DNA from: a virus
Taxonomy: Duplodnaviria; Caudoviricetes
Direction: 5' to 3' (one strand)
Length of the DNA: 61,849 nucleotides
Virus record (IMG/VR): IMGVR_UViG_3300037367_000013
Location: 1-61,849 of that record
Positions 29,420-37,378 of the stretch are shown here, piece after piece; the first letter of the stretch is position 1, and every line of letters starts with the position of its first letter. Under the pieces are notes generated by a model. The model saw only the letters and a list, made by a program, of their open reading frames with translations. It had not been told where the DNA came from and ran no database searches. Made by a program: the position numbers and the translations under genes.

Positions 29420-31342
29420 TTGAACCCATTGCGCTATTTTATTCCGATCTTGACAGCCGCGCTAGTAGCGTTCGGTGGGGTAGAAGCGCATGCGCAGGCG
29501 ACACTTTTACCGCCGGGCGAAACTTGCTTCACGGCATTGACGCCGACTTCCGGTGGACCTAATGGTACAGGGACGGGTTTTGTCGGCCTCCTTGGAACGA
29601 TTACGGCCGGGAGTGGGGGCACGACAGGCACATATTCCGCTGCATTCACGGGCGGCCATGGCACCGGGGCCACCGGCATTTTCACGGTGTCTGGTGGCGG
29701 CGTTACTGCCGTTTCCGTTCTCAATCCCGGGCAAGGTTTTGCTGTTGGCGATACGTTGTCTGCATCCTCTGCCAACATCGGAAATGTCTCTGGCTTCTCT
29801 GTTCCAGTTTCGAGTGTTGCCATCAATCAATCACTCGCTGGCGGAAGTGTCTATTATTACATTCCAAACACTGGAACGTTTAAACAGACGTGGCAGAATT
29901 CCGGGCAGACTGTTCTAAATACTAATCCGGTCACTCTCGATGCGAATGGCTGTGCAATTGTTTATGGCGCCGGAATCTATCGTCAGGTTTTAGAGGACTC
30001 GCAAAATAATATCGTCTGGGATCAGCTCACCGCCTCAACGGGAACGCCGGGCGCTTTCTATTGGGCAAATCTCGCGGGCGGCACCGCTAACGTCATTACC
30101 GTTACGGATGCTTCGTTTGCCGGCACTGACGGCCAGATTATTTCCTTCATTCCGCTTTTCACCAATACCGGCGCGGCTACGCTCAATGTGTCAAGCTATG
30201 GTGCGGTTCCGATTGTCAAGGATACGGGGACTGGAGCAGTAGCTCTGACTGGCGGCGAGATAGTCGCTAACTCGCCGTCGAATATCGTTGAAGTTGAATT
30301 CTCGGCAACACAACAGAATTTCCATATCCTGAACTTGGTGCAGGCGTCCGCTTCTGCCGCGCCAGTACAGCCACCACAGGGTTATCTCAACGATGTTGGG
30401 GTTGCCAACGGTGGCCCAATCCAAGGCGGTACGGACATTTCGGCGGCAACCACGATTTATTACACGCCTTATGTCGGCAACCAAATCCCAATTTGGAATG
30501 GTTCATCTTTCACCATTCTAACATTTTCTGAATTGGATTTAGTGCTGTCATCGTCGGCGCAATCAGCGTCAACTATTTATGATGTTTGCGTGTTCAATAA
30601 CGGTGGTGTGCCGACGATAGTGTTTGGTCCGGCATGGTCAGACTCCGCAGCAGGTGCAGGGGCGCGCGGCACAGGAGCAGGTTCGGCGCAGATCAGCTAT
30701 CAAAGCGGCATTCTCGTCAATACCGGACAGATTGCGGCTAACAACGGTTCTAACAGCTACACAGTGCCAGCACTGGAATGCACCTACGTCGGTTCGATTT
30801 TTATCGATGGCACCGCAGGCGAAGTCAGCACCAACAGAGTCTTTGGGCAAAACCGGAAATGGGGAATATGGAATGCCTACAATAGAGTTCCAATTGGGCT
30901 GCAGGTAGGGGACAGCACAGCAAGTTGGGAATATGACACCGCGACAATCAGAGCATCCAATGCCGCCCCGGCTTCATATTCTGGAGCTACCTTCAATGCT
31001 GGGAGTGGAACGACCGCAAACGGACTTACTGTTTTTACAGGATTGGCCGAAGAGGAAGCTAATTGTTCTTTTTCACAGAAAACTTCCAACAATGCCAATG
31101 CCGGGAACGTTATGTCCAATGGAATTGGACTGAATTCAACTACGGCGTTTTCGGGTGTGGTTGGGCAGAACCTAGTGCCTGGAACCACAAAAACTGTTTA
31201 CCAACCCGTAGCTCATTACATAGTAGCGCCTTCCCTTGGAACAAACGTAATTGCGGCCCTGGAGGAAGGCCCGACCGGGACTACTAATCTATTTTATGGC
31301 ACCCAATCCAACATGCTTCTGCAATGCAGTTATCGCGGATGA
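29420..31342 (+). CDS. Tailspike/tail fibre with signal peptide and podovirus head-binding domain
   Basis: TTG start after AAGGAG; signal [25 protein letters not shown]; [11 protein letters not shown]...NTNPV.LDANG...YRQVL.D...N.VWDQ; six Cys. Confidence 0.8.
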   Translation: MNPLRYFIPILTAALVAFGGVEAHAQATLLPPGETCFTALTPTSGGPNGTGTGFVGLLGTITAGSGGTTGTYSAAFTGGHGTGATGIFTVSGGGVTAVSVLNPGQGFAVGDTLSASSANIGNVSGFSVPVSSVAINQSLAGGSVYYYIPNTGTFKQTWQNSGQTVLNTNPVTLDANGCAIVYGAGIYRQVLEDSQNNIVWDQLTASTGTPGAFYWANLAGGTANVITVTDASFAGTDGQIISFIPLFTNTGAATLNVSSYGAVPIVKDTGTGAVALTGGEIVANSPSNIVEVEFSATQQNFHILNLVQASASAAPVQPPQGYLNDVGVANGGPIQGGTDISAATTIYYTPYVGNQIPIWNGSSFTILTFSELDLVLSSSAQSASTIYDVCVFNNGGVPTIVFGPAWSDSAAGAGARGTGAGSAQISYQSGILVNTGQIAANNGSNSYTVPALECTYVGSIFIDGTAGEVSTNRVFGQNRKWGIWNAYNRVPIGLQVGDSTASWEYDTATIRASNAAPASYSGATFNAGSGTTANGLTVFTGLAEEEANCSFSQKTSNNANAGNVMSNGIGLNSTTAFSGVVGQNLVPGTTKTVYQPVAHYIVAPSLGTNVIAALEEGPTGTTNLFYGTQSNMLLQCSYRG

Positions 31343-32562
31343 TGAAGTACATTCTCTTAGCGTGTGCGCTTGTCTGTGTGCCGTGCGCTGCAGTTGCGCA
31401 AACTGGATCGTCAAAATCCACTACGGCGCTTACGACCGAAACAAATTCGCTATGGCCTGATAATACTGTTGGCACGATTACGCCTTTCAATGCCCGTCAA
31501 ACTCTGCTCGATATCATCAGTTCGTATGCCAATTTCACAACCAATAATCCGGTAATAGCTGGCGGCACGACAGCGGTTGGAACGGGAAGCTCGCAAGCAA
31601 CGGTAGTTACGTCCGCCAACACTGCAAATCAAAATCAGATATGGTCGCTCAATTCAGGAACGACTAGCAATGCTAGCACTGAGGCCAATCTATTCGCCGG
31701 GCTCGGTGGCACAGGATCGAATTTATATGTCGCGCTCTCTACTATAGGGGGGGCTTCGCCGTCGGCTACTTTGGCGAGTTCGACGGGTCTCACTGGCGGT
31801 TTTACCATCAGCGCCGGCGCGGGACCGTTGACAGTGGAAAGTCCGACGCTTGTTACCGCCGCTCTTGGTACGCCAGCTTCGGGTGTTCTGACAAATGCAA
31901 TAGGGCTTCCTCTCACAACCGGCGTAACCGGCAATCTGCCAGTCACCAATCTGAATGGAGGGACAAGCGCATCGTCATCGACATTCTGGCGCGGTGACGG
32001 AACGTGGGCCTCTACCTCCGGTGCGACTATAGCTTTGCTCGCAACGTTGACCGCAAGCAATTCCGCTACGTTGACAGATGTTGGCAATTGTAGCACGGGA
32101 GCCGGTGCAGGATGCTTTACCTCATCCTATAGCCGCTATGAAATCGTTTTTGAAAATATGGTGCCGGCCACAACCGAGCAACCGCTTGAACTGCAAGTCT
32201 ATACCGGCGGCGCATACAAGACGAGCGGCTACTTCGCAAATATGTTTGCTTACATTGGCGGCACGCCAGTCAATGGTCAGCCGACGACTTTCATTCCACT
32301 CAATTACACGACGGCCAATAGTGATAACTCCGCAAATTCAGCACCGGGTATCAGCGGCACGATCAACGTCATAAACCCATCGGCCAACGCCATTGCGGAA
32401 TGGTACGGACAATCGAGTTGGCTTCAACAGACCGGCAGCTATACGTCCGTTGGGCAAATAAGCGGGCTGTGGAACACGGCAGGCGTTGTTACAGGCTTTC
32501 AGGTTCTGTTTGCGTCCGGCAACATCACGTCAGGCGTCATCAAAATTTACGGCGTCCAGTGA
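31339..32562 (+). CDS. Exported tail-fibre-like protein
   Basis: Signal [21 protein letters not shown]; fibre motifs [14 protein letters not shown] and TFWRGDGTW; C-terminal SG.I.IYG. Confidence 0.8.
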   Translation: MMKYILLACALVCVPCAAVAQTGSSKSTTALTTETNSLWPDNTVGTITPFNARQTLLDIISSYANFTTNNPVIAGGTTAVGTGSSQATVVTSANTANQNQIWSLNSGTTSNASTEANLFAGLGGTGSNLYVALSTIGGASPSATLASSTGLTGGFTISAGAGPLTVESPTLVTAALGTPASGVLTNAIGLPLTTGVTGNLPVTNLNGGTSASSSTFWRGDGTWASTSGATIALLATLTASNSATLTDVGNCSTGAGAGCFTSSYSRYEIVFENMVPATTEQPLELQVYTGGAYKTSGYFANMFAYIGGTPVNGQPTTFIPLNYTTANSDNSANSAPGISGTINVINPSANAIAEWYGQSSWLQQTGSYTSVGQISGLWNTAGVVTGFQVLFASGNITSGVIKIYGVQ

Positions 32563-32680
32563 CGCGGCAGTTTGGTGAACGAATCCGGTCTCTCAATTTG
32601 CACAACGTTGCGTGACGCAAATTCTTCTATCTAAGCCGTCAAACCGGCCCATCTAACCACACAAATCATCGGTGATCGGC

Positions 32681-32929
32681 ATGCGACTCTTATCGCCGCG
32701 CGCATTTGTATTGTTAGCGGTCATGCTTGTGCTGGCGAGCATGGCTAAGGCGGACGGGATTTTCAATCCGACTGCAACGACCGGAACGACAACGGTTGGC
32801 GGCGGTGAAGGTATCAACAATCTCAGCATCGGCGGTGGTGGCAGCGGTCCACCCCCAACCTGTTCAAACAAACTCGATTTCTCAGTCGCGTGCAACAGCC
32901 AATACGTCTCTGTCCTCGGACTCATGTGA
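32681..32929 (+). CDS. Small exported Gly-rich protein
   Basis: Signal ...LASMAKA/D; C-terminal CSNKLDFSVACNSQY loop. Confidence 0.7.
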   Translation: MRLLSPRAFVLLAVMLVLASMAKADGIFNPTATTGTTTVGGGEGINNLSIGGGGSGPPPTCSNKLDFSVACNSQYVSVLGLM

Positions 32930-32930
32930 G

Positions 32931-33815
32931 ATGAAAATCATGCGGCAAATTCTATACGGCATAATCGCAAGCTTATTTGCGATTAGTACGGCGAATGCGG
33001 GGTCTGGTACAATCAACGTTACGCCAGGAAGCGGCGCTACTTATGCTGTCACTACAGATGGCAGCGGTAATTTCATAGGGCATTTTGGCCTTTGGGATTA
33101 CGCGGCAGGGGCGAACGGTGCCGGTATTGATACTTCGCATGGACTGTTGGTAGACCCGGCTGCTGTTGCGACATGGGGCCTAACGCCTCTCGGGGGTACG
33201 ACTAGTTCTCCGACCAACGCATGGCTTGCAGGCTGCCAATACCTTGCCAGCGCGCCGACATACACGACAGGCGATTCTGGGGCTATTCAATGTACGATTA
33301 ATGGCTATCCGATTGTTAGTGTAGCTAATACCAATCCCAACGGCACCACGACCGCCGCCAACAGCTCCCCCGTCACGCTCGCCACCAACAGCCCCGGCAT
33401 CATCACTCTTGGGCCAGCGGCGGATACGAGTTCGGTTCCGGTTGTCCAGGGGCCAACCTCATCAGCCACTAGTGCGCTATCCAAGGCCAGCACAACGGCG
33501 CTCGGCACGTCGCTTGTGGTCAAAGCTAGTGCGGGTAATCTCTACGGCTTTAACGTCACTGGCGTAGCAGGCGCGGCCGCTGGATATGCCATCGTCTATA
33601 ACGGCACGACGGCACCCGGTACCGGCGCGCTGACTGGCGCGAACGTGCTGGACTTCTGCTATTTCGATACAACGGCGCGGGGCTGCGCCCTGAGCTATAT
33701 CCCGCTGGCGGCGGCTTACTCGACGGGGATTGTTGTTCTCGTTAGTTCGGCTGCGTCGCCCTACACCTACACAACCGGCACCGACACGGCGGCAATCACG
33801 GCGGTTTACAAATGA
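32931..33815 (+). CDS. Exported Thr/Ser-rich virion-type protein
   Basis: Signal MKIMRQILYGIIASLFAISTANA/G; C-terminal VVKASAGNLYG...STGIVV domain; four Cys. Confidence 0.75.
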   Translation: MKIMRQILYGIIASLFAISTANAGSGTINVTPGSGATYAVTTDGSGNFIGHFGLWDYAAGANGAGIDTSHGLLVDPAAVATWGLTPLGGTTSSPTNAWLAGCQYLASAPTYTTGDSGAIQCTINGYPIVSVANTNPNGTTTAANSSPVTLATNSPGIITLGPAADTSSVPVVQGPTSSATSALSKASTTALGTSLVVKASAGNLYGFNVTGVAGAAAGYAIVYNGTTAPGTGALTGANVLDFCYFDTTARGCALSYIPLAAAYSTGIVVLVSSAASPYTYTTGTDTAAITAVYK

Positions 33816-34711
33816 GTCTCATCCGCAAACTTTTCCTCGCCCTCCTATGCAGCGCATTTCTTGCCTTGCCTGCGTGGGCGCAGTTGGTGTTGCCGGGGTC
33901 GTCGGGGGGCGGCGGGGGTTCCGGCTGCGCCACCACTGGGTGCACATATACTGGGACTGTGACATTCAATGACGCTAGCACCTATGGAAGTAGCGGCATC
34001 TCAGGGCTGCTCGGGCTTGCGATAAGTGGTGGAACCGTTACGTCAAGCACGCCGCCTTTAACAATAGCCCAAACTTGGAACAACTCCGGTACCGCTTTCA
34101 ATATGTTTACGATGACTGCGACAGTAACAGCGGACAATAATAATTCTACTTTTGGGGTCATGAAAAGAGGTACTACAACCGAATTCACATTTGGTGAATT
34201 TGGTGTTCTTAATATTAACAACTACGCGACATTTGGTAGCATCAACACACCATACATGGAAGTAGGGTCCTCAGCTTCGCAGGCTTCCGTCATACAAAGT
34301 ACGGGCCTATATGGATGGTCGTCGGGTACTAATGTGGCGGGTGCTTGTGATACCTGTTTAGGGCGCTCAGCAGCGGGGGTTGTCAAAGCGTTTGGTGCAT
34401 CATCTGCGGTTGGTAATTTTCAGTCGCAAAGTTTTATTTCAATCGGCTCGCCTCCAACATTGACCGGAACCTGTACGACAGGATCACAAGTTGGCGGGAA
34501 TACCGCAGGTACATTCGCCGCTACGTGTGTTGCACAAACCGTCATCATGACTTTTGCCTACACAGCTCCCAATGGATGGGTCTGCGATGCGCACGATCAA
34601 AGCACGCCTGCTGATGTGCTCAACCAAACTGCAAATTCAACCACGCAGGTAACTTTAACTGGAACAACGGTTGCCTCAGATTCCATCGCCTTCAAGTGCA
34701 TGGCGTTCTAA
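33812..34711 (+). CDS. Exported fibre-like protein
   Basis: Signal MSLIRKLFLALLCSAFLALPAWA/Q; poly-Gly linker; eight Cys. Confidence 0.75.
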   Translation: MSLIRKLFLALLCSAFLALPAWAQLVLPGSSGGGGGSGCATTGCTYTGTVTFNDASTYGSSGISGLLGLAISGGTVTSSTPPLTIAQTWNNSGTAFNMFTMTATVTADNNNSTFGVMKRGTTTEFTFGEFGVLNINNYATFGSINTPYMEVGSSASQASVIQSTGLYGWSSGTNVAGACDTCLGRSAAGVVKAFGASSAVGNFQSQSFISIGSPPTLTGTCTTGSQVGGNTAGTFAATCVAQTVIMTFAYTAPNGWVCDAHDQSTPADVLNQTANSTTQVTLTGTTVASDSIAFKCMAF

Positions 34712-34713
34712 TC

Positions 34714-35985
34714 GTGCGCCGCCCGATTGATCTAAAACGCATTCTGTTGGCTCGCCGTAATTTTCTGCTAGCCAGCGGGCTAGGAACGTTCGGCGGATTA
34801 TTTCAACTGAGCGCCGCGCAGGCAGTAACTGGCGTGCAGGGAACGCCAGCCTCTTTCAACTCATCTGGTGCATTATCAAATGCGGTCAGCGCGACAGCAA
34901 GGCGCGGCCTCCTTTCACTTTTTGCTTGGATCATCTTATCGAGTGCCGCGTCGGCGGGGTTTTTCTGTCAGTGCGCTCTTGGTGGTCTGGTTGCTGGGAC
35001 ATGGCAACCGCCAGCCATGTCATCGAACGGCGCGTATATTTACGTTCCAACGTTTCCAGACTCAATTCTAGGAAATCCTCCAGGCTATATTCATTCTACA
35101 AGTACCACCGGAGCTACTTGGGCAAGACAAACAAATTGGGGTAATCGCTTTTGGGTTGTTGGCTGCACGTCGTCGGATGGAACTATAGTCTACGAGGCCG
35201 ATCAGGGAAGTGGCAGCGGCGGTCTAATTTATAAATCTGTTAATGGCGGCGCTCCAACAGCCACCAATTTTCCACAACTGGCGTGGCAACAAGTCTCATG
35301 CGATAATTCAGGGGCTGACCTCGTTGGGTGTGTCGGGACGCAGAGTACGCGAGCTGATCTGTTTACATCAGTTGACGGTGGAAACACCGTCATAGATCAA
35401 ACCACAAGTTTGAGCCGAGATTATACATCCTGTGTTATTTCTGGCGATGGTACTAAAATTGCAGCCTCAAACGAGGCTGGGCAGGGCCCAAACGGCGATG
35501 GCTGCATTTACGTCTCAATCAACTGGCAGAGCGGAAGTCCGACATGGACTGAAAATATCTGTGCAGCTAATGGATCGACATTTGCTTCCAACGTTGCTTA
35601 TTGCCGAACCGGATCGACGCTTTACGCTGGTTTTAATGCTAATGGTAACAGCAGCCATGTGTTTAAGAGCACGAACGATGGAGGCTCCTGGACTGACGTA
35701 AATCCGCCGGGCGGCACAGCAGCGCAGCGTAATTGGTTTTGGGTTGCCTGCGATGCCGATGGTCAAGTAGCCACAGCATCTAATTACGATTATTTATACG
35801 TCTATACTAGTGGCACTTGGGGACCGCAGTTGCCTATCTCTCCGAACGGACCTGGTAACCATCAAAACGGCTATCAGGCCATTTCAGATAATGGTCAGAT
35901 TATCGTCAACGCAGTCTACGCAGCTTACATCTACGTTTCGCAGGATGGCGGTTCCACTTTCCCTGTAACGAACGCCTCACCATGA
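34714..35985 (+). CDS. Tat-signal Asp-box (BNR) beta-propeller protein
   Basis: ARRNFLL twin-arginine motif; S.(N/D)GG repeats (KSVNGG, TSVDGG, STNDGGSW, SQDGG); ten Cys. Confidence 0.75.
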   Translation: MRRPIDLKRILLARRNFLLASGLGTFGGLFQLSAAQAVTGVQGTPASFNSSGALSNAVSATARRGLLSLFAWIILSSAASAGFFCQCALGGLVAGTWQPPAMSSNGAYIYVPTFPDSILGNPPGYIHSTSTTGATWARQTNWGNRFWVVGCTSSDGTIVYEADQGSGSGGLIYKSVNGGAPTATNFPQLAWQQVSCDNSGADLVGCVGTQSTRADLFTSVDGGNTVIDQTTSLSRDYTSCVISGDGTKIAASNEAGQGPNGDGCIYVSINWQSGSPTWTENICAANGSTFASNVAYCRTGSTLYAGFNANGNSSHVFKSTNDGGSWTDVNPPGGTAAQRNWFWVACDADGQVATASNYDYLYVYTSGTWGPQLPISPNGPGNHQNGYQAISDNGQIIVNAVYAAYIYVSQDGGSTFPVTNASP

Positions 35986-36608
35986 CTCGCTTTGCCCCAT
36001 TCCTCGCCGTCCTCCTATTCTGCGCTGGGAGTGCCGCAGCGGCACAAGTCAGCACACCAGTCCCCACAGCGCCCACTTACAACAGCGGCGCGTATGGCTG
36101 GCCCATACAGGGTGTGCTTGGCGGAACGCCAGTCCCAGTCACGGTTACCAATCCGACTGCTCCAGTCTCGGCCACGATTGCTTGGCCTACAACACCACTC
36201 ACAGTTACAGTCGGCAACGTGTTTAATCCGGGCTTTGCCGGTTCTGGTCCAGCCTCACCCGTCGTAGCATCACCGAGTTGCACGAAGGTCATCAATATCA
36301 GCCAGACGGCCTCGACCGACGTGCATACATTTACCAATCTCGGCTACATCTGCACGATTATTCTCATCGGCACGGCGCAGAACATCGGCATCGAGGAGGG
36401 CACCGGGACGCTTTGCAAGACCGCCAGCACGCCTCTGTTCGGCATATCACCCGCTGGCCTTCCTACGACGGCGATAAACAGTGGTGGGTTCTCAGCGCCA
36501 TCAGGCACGCCTTGGCTGGTAACACAGACCGTCGCGGATCACCTGTGTATCTTGCAGAGTGGCAACGGCAACGTGTCGGGCACAATCACTTATTTGGATC
36601 ATCCATGA
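35982..36608 (+). CDS. Exported Pro/Thr-rich protein
   Basis: Signal MTRFAPFLAVLLFCAGSAAAA/Q; four Cys. Confidence 0.75.
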   Translation: MTRFAPFLAVLLFCAGSAAAAQVSTPVPTAPTYNSGAYGWPIQGVLGGTPVPVTVTNPTAPVSATIAWPTTPLTVTVGNVFNPGFAGSGPASPVVASPSCTKVINISQTASTDVHTFTNLGYICTIILIGTAQNIGIEEGTGTLCKTASTPLFGISPAGLPTTAINSGGFSAPSGTPWLVTQTVADHLCILQSGNGNVSGTITYLDHP

Positions 36609-37378
36609 AAAGATTTCTGCCAATCCTTGCGGTGTTGCTGGTTTGCGTTGGCCTATTCTGCCTGGCGCAAGCGCCGTCCCGCGCGCAGGGATGGTTGCCG
36701 CTGGGGGCGGCGAGTGGGGGCGGAGGATCGTTCTCGCTGACTTATGCGACCTTCGCCAACAATGCCCCAACCTGTTGCAGCGGTGTCACCTTAGTCGATT
36801 TTAATACGTTGACATGGGGACCGGGATGCAACGCGCTTGTCGTTGATGTAACATTCAGCGGTCCTCCTACCGCGATTGATGTTAGCGGCATTTCAATCGG
36901 CGGCAGCGGCGGAACGGGCGGCCTCGGTGGATCAGAAGTAACGGGCAGCTATGCGTCCAATACCAGCGGAAACGTCTTTTCGACAATCTGGCAAACATCT
37001 GGTGCGCCATCCGGCAGTTCTGGCGATGTTGGTGTAAGCTTTACCGGAGCGGTTGGGCAATTCAGTTCGGACGTTTCGGTGGCGCTGTATTGTTTGATTT
37101 CGGCGCATCTGACGGGCGTTGGTGCAAATAGTCAGACATTCGCGACCAGCGTTTCACAGTCAATTGCTGTTCCAAGCGGCGGTAAAGGTATAGCGGCAGT
37201 TTTACAAAGTAGCAGCGGCGCTGTGACGTTGACGAATGCCACGCTTGACAAAGGCCCCGTAGGGAGCAGCGTGTTTTCCAATTTTGCCAGCGTAACCGGC
37301 AACGGTAGCACAATCGCGGTGACGGCAGGCGGCCCGAATGTATCGTGGGCGCTTTCAGAGGCAGCGTGGGGGCCGTGA
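36605..37378 (+). CDS. Exported Ser/Gly-rich beta protein
   Basis: Signal MKRFLPILAVLLVCVGLFCLAQAPSRA/Q; GGGGS linker; four Cys. Confidence 0.75.
   Translation: MKRFLPILAVLLVCVGLFCLAQAPSRAQGWLPLGAASGGGGSFSLTYATFANNAPTCCSGVTLVDFNTLTWGPGCNALVVDVTFSGPPTAIDVSGISIGGSGGTGGLGGSEVTGSYASNTSGNVFSTIWQTSGAPSGSSGDVGVSFTGAVGQFSSDVSVALYCLISAHLTGVGANSQTFATSVSQSIAVPSGGKGIAAVLQSSSGAVTLTNATLDKGPVGSSVFSNFASVTGNGSTIAVTAGGPNVSWALSEAAWGP

Noticed and set aside
32600-32650. c-di-GMP-I riboswitch (GACGCAAA)
   Set aside because: The upstream GGCAAAC/GNRA stem and P2 features are missing.
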